From an uncultured Clostridia bacterium (GTDB lineage Bacteria > Bacillota > Clostridia > Oscillospirales > Ruminococcaceae), in NCBI GenBank assembly GCA_938014915.1, contig CALLQQ010000043.1, positions 1 to 47,509 on the forward strand: a stretch of 47,509 nt of DNA, in the 5' to 3' direction. The notes below the pieces were generated by a model, which worked only from the letters and a program-made list of their open reading frames with translations, did not search any database and was not told the DNA's origin. The position numbers and the translations under genes are program-made. Below are positions 19,396 through 29,085 of the stretch, piece by piece (the stretch's first letter is position 1; every line of letters starts with the position of its first letter).

Positions 19396-20559
19396 ATGAT
19401 AAATGAATGCAGAAATGAACTCAACAATAATATCATTCCTTTTTGGAAATCGCTAATCGACAAAGACAGGGGCGGATTCTATGGCTACATGGATTCCGAT
19501 TTAAATTTAGATAAAGATGCCGATAAAGGCGTTATCCTCAATTCACGGATTCTATGGTTTTTTTCAAATTGCAATTTGATTTTAAAAGATGCAGAATGTC
19601 TAGAATACGCACATCATGCATACGAATTCCTAAATAAGCATTGTGTAGATAGCGAGCATGGCGGCGTTTACTGGATGCTTGACAAAGATGGCAATGTTGC
19701 CGACGATATGAAACACACATATAATCAGGCATTCGCCATATATGCGCTATCATCATATTACGATGCTAGCAAAGATGAAGAAGCTATCGAATTAGCAATG
19801 GATTTATTCCACACTATTGAGAGTAAAACTCTTGATGAATACGGTTATAGAGAAGCATTCGATAGGCATTGGAACGAGGTCGAAAATGAGGCATTGGCGG
19901 AGAACGGCATTATGCCGAAGAAGTCGATGAATACGATACTCCACCTAATCGAGGCATATACTGAATTGCTGCGTGTTAAGTATAATAAAGATGTCGAGGA
20001 TAGGTTGAGGGCATTGCTACAATCCGTGACAGACAAGGTATACGATGAAGAAAATAAGCAGCTAAGAGTGTTCTTTGATGAAAAGCTATCCGTAATTGGT
20101 GATATTCATTCATACGGTCACGATATTGAGGCTGCATGGCTAATCGATCGAGCTTGCGACGTTTTAGGCGATAAGGAAATGAGCGAAAGAATGGAGCAAA
20201 TGGGGCTTGATATAGCTAGCAAAATCCACGATATTGCCATCGAGAATGGTGCGCTCAATAACGAAAGAGTAGACGAACGCATTGATAGGGAGCGTATCTG
20301 GTGGGTTCAGGCGGAGGGTGTCGTCGGATTCATTAACGCATACGAGCGTAGCGCAAAGGAAGAATATCTTGATACCGCAAAGGCTCTTTGGGAATATATC
20401 AAGGGCAATGTGATAGATGAACGTGAAGGCGGCGAATGGCATTCGCAAGTGAGTTTTGACGGGGTGCCATCAAAAGTAAAGCCTATTGTAGAGGCATGGA
20501 AATGCCCCTATCACAATGGCAGAATGTGCCTAGAAGTAATAGCGAGAAATATTAACTAG
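19396..20559 (+). CDS. AGE family epimerase/isomerase (N-acylglucosamine 2-epimerase / cellobiose 2-epimerase-like)
   Basis: It shows the (alpha/alpha)6-barrel family pattern: GGFY near the N-terminus, the repeated helical motifs YNQAFAIYALS and HLIEAY, and a C-terminal KCPYHNGR. Confidence 0.7.
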   Translation: MINECRNELNNNIIPFWKSLIDKDRGGFYGYMDSDLNLDKDADKGVILNSRILWFFSNCNLILKDAECLEYAHHAYEFLNKHCVDSEHGGVYWMLDKDGNVADDMKHTYNQAFAIYALSSYYDASKDEEAIELAMDLFHTIESKTLDEYGYREAFDRHWNEVENEALAENGIMPKKSMNTILHLIEAYTELLRVKYNKDVEDRLRALLQSVTDKVYDEENKQLRVFFDEKLSVIGDIHSYGHDIEAAWLIDRACDVLGDKEMSERMEQMGLDIASKIHDIAIENGALNNERVDERIDRERIWWVQAEGVVGFINAYERSAKEEYLDTAKALWEYIKGNVIDEREGGEWHSQVSFDGVPSKVKPIVEAWKCPYHNGRMCLEVIARNIN

Positions 20560-20695
20560 CAACCATAATATGCACAAAAAAGCCCATAAAAAATAGTTGA
20601 AACTAACAATTCTTTCGACTTATTATATTAAAATCCATCAAACACTTGACACTTAGGGCGTAAAACCTTAACATAAATGTTAAGGGGGTAATTTT

Positions 20696-20974
20696 GTGGC
20701 TCTAATCAACATGATGGAAAAATTCGTTCAGCAAAAATTAGAAGAAATGCTTGAAAGCACTGATTGTTGCGATTGTGAAGATTGTAAAAATGATATAATG
20801 GCGGTCGCACTAAATCAATTGCCCGCAAAATATGTAAATACGGCAGCGGGGGAGCTTTTTAGCAAACTAGATTCTATTACCCAGCAGAATAGTATAGATA
20901 TTGATATTGCCCTGTTAAAGGCGATCAACACAGTATGTAGGAATCCTAGACATAAGGTTAATCGGACTGAATAG
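20696..20974 (+). CDS. comFB: ComFB (late competence development protein) domain protein, stand-alone
   Basis: It has a CCDCEDC...IMAVALNQLPAKYV Cys cluster typical of the ComFB domain. The start is GTG with GGGGG 7 nt upstream. Confidence 0.7.
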   Translation: MALINMMEKFVQQKLEEMLESTDCCDCEDCKNDIMAVALNQLPAKYVNTAAGELFSKLDSITQQNSIDIDIALLKAINTVCRNPRHKVNRTE

Positions 20975-20979
20975 AATAT

Positions 20980-21014
20980 AAAAGCCCACCTTTTAATTAA
21001 AAGGTGGGCTTTTC
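20980..21014. terminator. Bidirectional intrinsic terminator between comFB and the convergent MATE gene
   Basis: A perfect hairpin is formed by aaaagcccacctttt / aaaaggtgggctttt. Confidence 0.8.
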
Positions 21015-21023
21015 ATTTTGAAT

Positions 21024-22292
21024 TTATAAATCACAGTGTCGTTTCTTCCTAAAATATATTGATGTTAGCCAAATCCCGATTATTAGGGTAATTGCCTCAG
21101 CGATTGGAATAGTGAGCCATACGCCATTAATGCCAAAGAATAGAGGTAGAATTAATAGGGCGGGTATTATTAGAATGATTCCCCTTAATAGTGAAGTAAT
21201 TAGCGATGGGCGGGGCATAGCAATAGAAGAAAAGAACGTTATAATAACGATGTTCATCCCCATTAGGATTGCAGATAAGAAGTAAATCCCCATGCCGTCA
21301 CGGGTTAAATCCAGTAGTTGCAAATCCCCTTCCGCATTGAATGCCGATATAATTTCATCGGATAGGGTAATGCATATTACATAGAAAGCAATACCTAATG
21401 TTAATGCTAATATAATCGCGTATTTGAGTGTCTTATTGATTTTCTTACTATCTTCAGCGCCGTAACAAGTGGAAATTATGGGCTGAATACCTTGTCCGAT
21501 CCCTGTGAAAATGGCGGTGAATACAAGCGATATATTGGCAATGATGCCATATGCGGCGACTCCAATTTCGCCCGTGATGCCAATGATAACAAGATTGAAT
21601 AGCAGAATTACAATACCGGAAGAGAATTCTGTTATAGAAGCTGGGATACCGATAGTTATCACTCGCAGAATCTTGCGAATTTTAACTCCGCCACGTACGA
21701 AAGTAAAGTTGTTTTTCCCCCTAATAAAGTGAGTGGATAGAATGATTAAGCTTAGCACGGGGGCAATTCCCGTTGCAAGAGCTGCGCCGAACATACCCAT
21801 ATCCATTGGATAGATGAATATATAATCCAGCACAATGTTTGCAAGACTACCGCTGAGCATTGCTATCATTGCTAGGCGTGGTTCGCCATCATTCCTCACC
21901 ATACAAATCATCACATTGTTAATGATGAACGGGACCGAGAATATGAGCAATACCTTTATATAATCATTCGATAATGCTATCATTTCTCCCCTAGCGCCTA
22001 GTAGGTATACAATATCCTTTGAAAAGAATATACCGACTAAAGTTAATATAATACCTATTATAAGTGCAAAAAAGAAAGTTGCAGTGAAAATTTCCTGCCC
22101 CTGACGATGTTCGTTCCTACCTATATGTATTGAATATACAGCACCAATTCCCGATGCGATTAGCAGACCAATGGCATTAATGCCACCGTTAAAGGCGGGT
22201 AGAGCGAGGTTCAATGCGATTAAACCATCTTTACCGACGCCATTGGCAATGAAAAATGTATCGGCTAATACATATAAGGATAGGCCAAGCAT
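21024..22292 (-). CDS. MATE family efflux transporter; the coordinates run from the first ATG, but the natural N-terminus appears to extend to 22373
   Basis: It is a 12-TM MATE-like sequence. The in-frame upstream codons encode the expected MATE N-terminus (DNQTQHILKGNIFKTFAKYVSLNIIS) back to an ATA codon preceded by AGGAG. Confidence 0.8.
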   Translation of the reverse strand: MLGLSLYVLADTFFIANGVGKDGLIALNLALPAFNGGINAIGLLIASGIGAVYSIHIGRNEHRQGQEIFTATFFFALIIGIILTLVGIFFSKDIVYLLGARGEMIALSNDYIKVLLIFSVPFIINNVMICMVRNDGEPRLAMIAMLSGSLANIVLDYIFIYPMDMGMFGAALATGIAPVLSLIILSTHFIRGKNNFTFVRGGVKIRKILRVITIGIPASITEFSSGIVILLFNLVIIGITGEIGVAAYGIIANISLVFTAIFTGIGQGIQPIISTCYGAEDSKKINKTLKYAIILALTLGIAFYVICITLSDEIISAFNAEGDLQLLDLTRDGMGIYFLSAILMGMNIVIITFFSSIAMPRPSLITSLLRGIILIIPALLILPLFFGINGVWLTIPIAEAITLIIGIWLTSIYFRKKRHCDL

Positions 22293-22439
22293 ACTTATAA
22301 TGTTCAGTGATACATATTTAGCGAATGTTTTAAAGATGTTCCCCTTGAGGATATGTTGTGTTTGATTGTCTATTTGAGTTCACTCCTAGCAAGTATTGAG
22401 CTTATTCTATCATAATAAGCATCTAAAAGCAAACAAACA

Positions 22440-22477
22440 AATTCCCACTCTTATCTAGATAAGAGTGGGAATTTTAT
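22440..22477 (-). terminator. Intrinsic terminator after the M23 peptidase gene
   Basis: A 16-bp hairpin is formed by aattcccactcttatc / gataagagtgggaatt, with T-rich flanks. Confidence 0.8.
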
Positions 22478-22499
22478 AGATTATGATGAGCGTCTAAAT

Positions 22500-24251
22500 T
22501 TATCTATTGATATAGTTAACAGGATTCTGGTGAGAATTATTCACTATCACTTCAAAGTGTAGGTGATTACCTGTTGAATATCCCGTGCGCCCGATAGCGC
22601 CAATATACTGCCCCTGAATTACCTTTTCACCTGCTGAAACTGAAAGACTACTGCAATGCGCATATCTAGTTACTACACCACCGCCGTGGTCGATTAGAAT
22701 TTGCTTGCCGTAATCACCGTACCAGCCCGATGAAACTACTGTTCCCGATGCGCCAGCATAAATTGGCCTGCCATACGGTGCTGCAATGTCGAGCCCTTTA
22801 CGGAAGCTGCCCCATCTGTAGCCGTACGATGATGATACCTTTCCGCCGCCGACGGGCCAAATGAACATCTTGCTACCGGCTGATGCCGTTGAATGTGGAA
22901 CATTCGGTAGGGGATCCCTAGTGCCGACGGAAACTTTCTTAGCGACAGGTTCTGAAACTACCTTTTTTTCTAGCACAGTCCTGCTTGTTTCGTATCCGTT
23001 GGTGTAGGTGACTTTAGCGGTTATCCTTGCTTTTCCCTTTTTACCGTCATTAATGACAGTTTTCACACCTTTATATTTATTGCTATCCTTAACTTCAATT
23101 GTTTCATACTTAATTGAAGTGTCGTACTTCTCAACTCTAGTAACATTTACATCTAGGAAAGGCTTTTCCCTATTGATTAATAGCTTCCTACCGATGGGGA
23201 GATTTTCTTCAATGTCCGAATTGAGCGCCTTTAATTCCTTATATGGAATGTCAAGCTTATCAGCGATTGAAGTCGGTGCATCGCCCTCTTTAACGGTGTA
23301 ATAAGCATTCTCCTGCTCCATTTTAGTGATTTCAGGAATTATAAGCTGGGCATCTTTAATACTCTCCGATACATATAATCCAGATGCGAAAGTAATTTTC
23401 TTAGCAAATTCAACTTCATCATCTTTGTTTTCCCTATATTTATCAAGTAAAGACTCAAGAGTATCTTCAATAGGTCCTTTATCAAGTACAGCGCCATAGA
23501 ATTCATTATCAATATATAGTCCGTATGCATCTTCAACTTCAACATTCGTATGCTTTAGTAGAATATCCGCTAGTTCATATGCATCGATTGTTTCAGTATC
23601 TTTACTACGTTCGACCGATAATGTCGGATTGAGTTCGACAAGAGAATTACCATCCATATACGTGATACGCTTTTGCATAATTTCTTCAGCCTCATCGTAT
23701 ATATTTTCATTCTCGACATATCCGACTACAACACCATCGAAAGAAACATTAACTATATAGCTAACATTTGATGCGAATCCAACAAGATTAAATAAAAACA
23801 CGATGCAAACAATCGGCGCAGTGTAGTTGAACGCAACGACGAATGCCCCACGTCTTCCCCATATGCCACCAATAATTTGCTTTATGGTGTATTTAATTGC
23901 CTGTACAATGCCGGTATTGTTATATTCATCTTTCACCCGATTGGCGAAATCCCTATATATTGCGTTCATCTTTCTAAACGGTCTAGAGATGAATTCTGCA
24001 AGTTTCATAGAAACGAGCATTAGAACTGCTCGTATTCCACTTGTTCTATTCCACAGAAAAAGAAGTCCCTTTTTAGAATAATATATAGTAGAGAAAAATC
24101 CAATCGTAATTAATGATGTTACATGTGCGCCAATGCAAATTATTCTGCAAGTCATTTGCTTTTTAAGGCGTCTTACATATAATGCAACCTTCTTTTTAAT
24201 GAGCGAGGCAGATTCCTTAATCTTACCTAGCCAACTGTCAATGCTAGACAT
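22500..24251 (-). CDS. Membrane-anchored peptidoglycan hydrolase with LysM, G5 and M23 (LytM) metallopeptidase domains
   Basis: It has N-terminal TM helices and a LysM domain (YTVKEGDAPTSIADKLDIPYKELKALN). A G5-like segment (KYETIEVKDSNKYKGVKTVINDGKKGKARI) follows. The C-terminal M23 domain carries the GLDIAAPYG..., HCSS... and GNHLHFEV motifs. Confidence 0.8.
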   Translation of the reverse strand: MSSIDSWLGKIKESASLIKKKVALYVRRLKKQMTCRIICIGAHVTSLITIGFFSTIYYSKKGLLFLWNRTSGIRAVLMLVSMKLAEFISRPFRKMNAIYRDFANRVKDEYNNTGIVQAIKYTIKQIIGGIWGRRGAFVVAFNYTAPIVCIVFLFNLVGFASNVSYIVNVSFDGVVVGYVENENIYDEAEEIMQKRITYMDGNSLVELNPTLSVERSKDTETIDAYELADILLKHTNVEVEDAYGLYIDNEFYGAVLDKGPIEDTLESLLDKYRENKDDEVEFAKKITFASGLYVSESIKDAQLIIPEITKMEQENAYYTVKEGDAPTSIADKLDIPYKELKALNSDIEENLPIGRKLLINREKPFLDVNVTRVEKYDTSIKYETIEVKDSNKYKGVKTVINDGKKGKARITAKVTYTNGYETSRTVLEKKVVSEPVAKKVSVGTRDPLPNVPHSTASAGSKMFIWPVGGGKVSSSYGYRWGSFRKGLDIAAPYGRPIYAGASGTVVSSGWYGDYGKQILIDHGGGVVTRYAHCSSLSVSAGEKVIQGQYIGAIGRTGYSTGNHLHFEVIVNNSHQNPVNYINR

Positions 24252-24399
24252 TTATGGTTACATCTCCTTTCAAAACTATTACAAAACAGTAACAACTGTT
24301 ATCATTATAGCATCAAAAAGAAAAAAGGCAACCATTTTGCCCATATCATTGCATATAGGAGTGCAATTTTGGCACAGTGCACAAAACATCATATCCAAT

Positions 24400-24867
24400 T
24401 TAGTTATTATGCCATGAATATTCCAACATATCGGGCTTGTATGTGGATAAAATAGCTATCATCGGCTCAACGGTATCGATCGCACCTGCCAAATCGTGTT
24501 CACGATAATTACCACATTCGACCTCACTAACGCCCGGTATATCGCCCGTAAATTCTGCAATAAAGCGCAGCGCTCCAAGAACTAACTCAATCGCATCTGC
24601 ATCTTTAAGCCCACGAGTTAATAGGTAGAATCCCGTCCTGCAACCCATCGGACCGACATAGATTATATTTTCCCCGTGCGATGAATTCCGAGCATATGTT
24701 GCGAATAAATGCTCAATGGTGTGAGCAGCGCCATAGTCAATATACGAGCCGCCATTCGGCTTTTTCATGCGAATATCGTATGTTACGATATCATCATCTA
24801 CCCGAGAAATATACATACCTACATCTAATTTATTATGGTCAACCTCAAAGCTTGAAATCTTTTTCAC
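24400..24867 (-). CDS. luxS: S-ribosylhomocysteine lyase (AI-2 synthase)
   Basis: It has the HTIEHL metal-binding motif and GPMGCRTGFY. The start is GTG with GGGAGG 8 nt upstream. Confidence 0.92.
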   Translation of the reverse strand: MKKISSFEVDHNKLDVGMYISRVDDDIVTYDIRMKKPNGGSYIDYGAAHTIEHLFATYARNSSHGENIIYVGPMGCRTGFYLLTRGLKDADAIELVLGALRFIAEFTGDIPGVSEVECGNYREHDLAGAIDTVEPMIAILSTYKPDMLEYSWHNN

Positions 24868-24919
24868 ACAAATATCCTCCCTTGATTATTACAATATGGT
24901 TACAAATAGTTACTGGAAT

Positions 24920-25855
24920 TTATTCTATCCGCCCCGATTTAAGCGCAGGCGGCTGAATATCTAGCCTATCCAGTAATTCCAGCATATTTTCACGGATTCG
25001 GCTCTGCACTTGAATTGATTCTCTGCTAATGGGATGAATGAAAGATAGTTCGCCGCAGTGCAATGCGTGTTCGCTAATTAGCTCATTGCTGCCGCCGTAT
25101 AGATCGTCACCGAAAAGTGGGTTGCCAATATGCGAGAAATGCACACGAATTTGGTGCGTGCGCCCCGTGATTAGCTTTATCTTCAATAGAGTAGCATCTT
25201 CTGCCCTGCCTAGCACGGTGAATTCTGTAAGAGCATTCTGCCCGCTGTCCGATACTATGCGTTTAATGATGGAATCGCCCTCACGGGCAATTGGCGCATT
25301 AATAGTACCGCTATCTTCATCAATTCGACCGTGGCAAATTGCATAATACGTCTTGTCGATAGTAGTGCCGGGAATATCATTGCCATCTCTAGCATTGCTA
25401 GATCTTTGTAAATTGACGGCGGCGAGGGAATTCTTAGCAACAATACATAGTCCTGAAGTGTTGCGGTCAAGACGATTAATAGGGCGGAATGTCCTCCCCT
25501 CACATATATGGGAATAAAAGTTGCCCAGAGTATCGTTATAATGATTGAACGACGGATGAACGGGCATATTGACGGGCTTGTCGAAAATGATAATATCTTC
25601 ATCGTGATAGATTATTGCAACATCAAGTTCGCCATTCGGCTCAAGGGTGCCACGTTCGGGCAATTTTACCGTGATAGTATCCCCGTGATAAACGGTATCA
25701 ATCATACGAATATGTTCACCGCTGCGTAAAATGCCATTGTCGATGCGCTTAATAGCAGTTATTATCCTGCGAGAAAATCCATGTTCGCATTGGAGGAAGT
25801 CGCTCACTACCGCTCCGTCATATTTGCGTGGTACTTCATATTCTAGAATTCTCAT
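24920..25855 (-). CDS. RluA-family 23S rRNA/tRNA pseudouridine synthase (RluD/RluC-like, with an S4-like N-terminal domain)
   Basis: It has the HRLDRNTSG-type catalytic motif (NRLDRNTSGL) and GRTHQIRVH. ATG 25855 follows AAGAGGGG. Its start overlaps the 3' end of trpA by 20 nt. Confidence 0.88.
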   Translation of the reverse strand: MRILEYEVPRKYDGAVVSDFLQCEHGFSRRIITAIKRIDNGILRSGEHIRMIDTVYHGDTITVKLPERGTLEPNGELDVAIIYHDEDIIIFDKPVNMPVHPSFNHYNDTLGNFYSHICEGRTFRPINRLDRNTSGLCIVAKNSLAAVNLQRSSNARDGNDIPGTTIDKTYYAICHGRIDEDSGTINAPIAREGDSIIKRIVSDSGQNALTEFTVLGRAEDATLLKIKLITGRTHQIRVHFSHIGNPLFGDDLYGGSNELISEHALHCGELSFIHPISRESIQVQSRIRENMLELLDRLDIQPPALKSGRIE

Positions 25856-26636
25856 CAAGAACCCCTCTTATCGATTTAGTGAATTCTGCTAGGTGGGGGG
25901 AGGCATTCTCAGCATATTCTTCAATAATGCTAACAAGGGCGCTGCCGATTATGACACCGTCGGCATAATCCTTAACCTGCCTTGCACTATCGGCATCAGC
26001 AATGCCGAATCCGATTGCGGTCGGAATCCTGGAATATTTATCTATACTGGCGAACATTTGAGAAAGCCGCTCCGACACATTTTGCCGAACTCCCGTTACT
26101 CCCATTGAAGATACACAGTAGAGGAAGCCCCGAGCATCATTGCAAATTGCCTTTGTCCTATCTGAAGAAGTTGGCGATACCAGCCTTATGAGTTCAATGC
26201 CGTTTTCTTTAGCATGGGGAGCGAATTCGCCCTCCTCCTCAAAAGGGGCATCGGCAATTATGACACCGTTCATGCCGATTTCCTTACATTTAGCAAAGAA
26301 TTTATCGGCGCCGTAACTATATATGAGATTGCAATATATGAGGAATACTAGCGGCACATCGGTTTTCGTGCGAACTCTTTCCAGCATATCGAATGTATTG
26401 TGAATGTTCCCGCCTTTTTCCATGGCGCGGACATTCGCTTTCATTATAACGGGACCATCGGCGGCAGGATCGGAAAAAGGTATGCCAATTTCGATTATAT
26501 CGGCGCCATTGTCCGCTAAAGTGAGAATGAATTCCTCCGTTTTTTCCATTGAGGGATCGCCCGCTGTTATAAATGGTATGAATGCTTTTTGATTATTTTC
26601 TAGCCTTTTGTCAAAGGCGGCTTGAATACGGCTCAT
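25836..26636 (-). CDS. trpA: Tryptophan synthase alpha chain
   Basis: It has IPFITAGDP, EIGIPFSDPAADGP and GFGI motifs. An ATGA overlap links it to trpF. Confidence 0.92.
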   Translation of the reverse strand: MSRIQAAFDKRLENNQKAFIPFITAGDPSMEKTEEFILTLADNGADIIEIGIPFSDPAADGPVIMKANVRAMEKGGNIHNTFDMLERVRTKTDVPLVFLIYCNLIYSYGADKFFAKCKEIGMNGVIIADAPFEEEGEFAPHAKENGIELIRLVSPTSSDRTKAICNDARGFLYCVSSMGVTGVRQNVSERLSQMFASIDKYSRIPTAIGFGIADADSARQVKDYADGVIIGSALVSIIEEYAENASPHLAEFTKSIRGVLDENSRI

Positions 26637-27256
26637 TTTAGTTTCTCCTTAATATTATACTTTTTTATAAGATTAGTCAGTGCGGTAATTTTGCTACAGT
26701 CTTTAAATCCATTTGTTTCGGCGCCGCTGCTAACATCAATGCAATACGGCGAATGTGACATTGCAACATCAATATTAGATGTATTGATGCCCCCCGCTAA
26801 GAAAAAAGGTGATTCGATGTTTTTAAGCAGCGCCCAATTAAAGCTTTCGCCAAGTCCCCCATACGCCCTGTCGGATAGCTTATCTAATAGGAGGAAATCG
26901 GCAGGAATATCGTCAATGCCAGTTGGCAACGTATCGCCAATACGCACCGCCTTAATAATTGGTAATTTCGTTCTAGCCCTCAACCTATGAATGTATTCAT
27001 TACTTTCATCACCGTGTAATTGAATAACATCAATAATGCCTAATCTTTCACCCCGAATAATAGTGGGAATATCTTCATTTACGAATACGCCTACCGCCTT
27101 AATCGGCGGTGATAACATTCTTTTAAGTGGCATTGCCTGCTCATATGTAAGGCGCCTTTTACTCCTTGCGAATACGAATCCGATATAATCAGGAATAACA
27201 TTATTGACGCAAAGAATATCTTCCTCCCGTGTTAGACCGCATATTTTAATCTTCAT
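26633..27256 (-). CDS. trpF: Phosphoribosylanthranilate isomerase
   Basis: It has MKIKICGLT, YIGFVF..S.R and VIQLHGDE motifs. ATG 27256 is preceded by AGGTGA. The ORF-track start 27265 is a GTG. Confidence 0.9.
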   Translation of the reverse strand: MKIKICGLTREEDILCVNNVIPDYIGFVFARSKRRLTYEQAMPLKRMLSPPIKAVGVFVNEDIPTIIRGERLGIIDVIQLHGDESNEYIHRLRARTKLPIIKAVRIGDTLPTGIDDIPADFLLLDKLSDRAYGGLGESFNWALLKNIESPFFLAGGINTSNIDVAMSHSPYCIDVSSGAETNGFKDCSKITALTNLIKKYNIKEKLK

Positions 27257-28049
27257 TAGCATCACCTGCGCCGCCCTTTAACTGGGCAAGCTTATTTGCA
27301 ATGTTTTTTGCGCGCATTAAGCTTTCACCGATTAGGACCCCGTTAACGCCGATTTTCTCAAGGCGCTCCATATCTTCACGTGTGTGAATTCCACTTTCGC
27401 TAATGAAGATTTTATCGCTGGGGATTAGCTCCCTCAGCCGCTCCGAAACGGCAAGATCAACTTCAAAGGTTTCAAGATTACGATTGTTAACGCCGATAGC
27501 TTTCGCACCCGATTCGAGAGCTATATATGCTTCTCGTTCGTTATGCACTTCGACTAGGCACGATAGCCCAATTTCGTGCGCATTGCGGATAAATTCCTTT
27601 AATTGATTTTTATCAAGCACATTAGCAATTAGCAGAATAGCACTCCCGCCGATCGCCCTTGCCCGATATATCTGAATCAATTCTATCACAAAATCTTTAC
27701 AAAGTACAGGCAAGGCGACTTCTCTGCTTATCTCCTCCAAATAGCGACTATCCCCTTGAAAAAAGGTCGGCTCTGTCAGTACGGAAATTGCAGCAGCTCC
27801 GCCATTCTCATACTGCCGTGCAATGTGAATATGGTCGAAGTTCTCGCTGATGACCCCTTTTGATGGTGATGCTTTTTTCACTTCCGCTATGATGTTCACA
27901 CCGTCGCCCGATACAGCATTATAAAAGTTAGGAGGACTCTCCATATCGCCTATTCTCTTCTCGAAATGCTGAATGCTATACTGCGTCTTTAAAACATCAA
28001 TTTGTTTTTTCCGATTTTCTACAATACGTAATAAAATATTGCTCATCAT
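27246..28049 (-). CDS. trpC: Indole-3-glycerol phosphate synthase
   Basis: It has IAEVKKASPSKG, LTEP.FF.G, EVH and GVNNRNL motifs. An ATGA overlap links it to trpD. Confidence 0.92.
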   Translation of the reverse strand: MMSNILLRIVENRKKQIDVLKTQYSIQHFEKRIGDMESPPNFYNAVSGDGVNIIAEVKKASPSKGVISENFDHIHIARQYENGGAAAISVLTEPTFFQGDSRYLEEISREVALPVLCKDFVIELIQIYRARAIGGSAILLIANVLDKNQLKEFIRNAHEIGLSCLVEVHNEREAYIALESGAKAIGVNNRNLETFEVDLAVSERLRELIPSDKIFISESGIHTREDMERLEKIGVNGVLIGESLMRAKNIANKLAQLKGGAGDANED

Positions 28050-29053
28050 GCCACCTCATTTGTAAGTTGCCTTAATTGTTCCAATTTCTCAAGTGCCCTG
28101 CCCTCATCTATTGATAAAGCCGCAAGATGCGCCGCCTCCTCCAATGAGTCCGCCCTGCCAGCGATATAGATAGCGGCGGCACTATTGGCGATGACAATAT
28201 CACGTTTTGCACCTTTTTCACCGCCCAGTATGTCGAGGGTAATTTGCGCATTAATTTCAGGAGTGCCGCCATCAATCGAATTTACGTTACCGCCCGTCAG
28301 CCCGAGTGTCGTCGGCTCAATCGTATATTCATGTAGATTGCCATCCCTGATTTCGCATATAGATGTTCTAGCATTAATGCTGATTTCATCAATGCCATCA
28401 TGCCCCCATACCGTCATCGCCCTCTTCATTCCGAGCTTTTGCAACACTAATGCCATTGGACGCAGCAGCTCTTTATCGTATACGCCGAGCAGGACAATAT
28501 CCGCCCTTGCAGGATTGGATAGCGGGCCTAAGATATTGAATATTGTGCGGAATGCAAGTTGCTTTCTTGCGCTCATCACATATTTCATTGATTTGTGATA
28601 AAGAGGCGCAAACATAAAACACATCCCAATACTATCTAATACGATTTGATTTTTCTCTGGACTTAAATCAATCTTAATGCCGAGCGCCTCAAGAACATCG
28701 GCGGCGCCGCATTTGCTAGATACACTTCTATTACCGTGCTTTGCCACCTTTGCGCCAGTGCCAGCAGTGACGAATGCCGCCGTAGTCGACACATTGAATG
28801 TATTCGCACAGTCGCCACCCGTACCGACAACGTCAATGAGATTATCACCCTCAATGCGTATAGCGTGTCTACGCATAACATCGGCGCAGGCGGCAATTTC
28901 GTCGATGCTTTCCCCTTTCATACGCAGTGATGTTAAGAATGCGGCAATTTGCGCATCGGTCGCCCTGCCCGACATAATTTCCGTCATGGCATCACTAGCC
29001 TGATTATAGGATAGATTATTTTTATCTAGAAGAATATTCAAATATTCATGCAT
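28046..29053 (-). CDS. trpD: Anthranilate phosphoribosyltransferase
   Basis: It has DVVGTGGD..NTFNVST and KHGNRSVSSK.G.ADVLEALG motifs. It is 335 aa, so no glutamine amidotransferase domain is fused to it. Confidence 0.92.
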   Translation of the reverse strand: MHEYLNILLDKNNLSYNQASDAMTEIMSGRATDAQIAAFLTSLRMKGESIDEIAACADVMRRHAIRIEGDNLIDVVGTGGDCANTFNVSTTAAFVTAGTGAKVAKHGNRSVSSKCGAADVLEALGIKIDLSPEKNQIVLDSIGMCFMFAPLYHKSMKYVMSARKQLAFRTIFNILGPLSNPARADIVLLGVYDKELLRPMALVLQKLGMKRAMTVWGHDGIDEISINARTSICEIRDGNLHEYTIEPTTLGLTGGNVNSIDGGTPEINAQITLDILGGEKGAKRDIVIANSAAAIYIAGRADSLEEAAHLAALSIDEGRALEKLEQLRQLTNEVA

Positions 29054-29085
29054 ATTAATTCACCTCAAAAAGTTTATTTTATATA

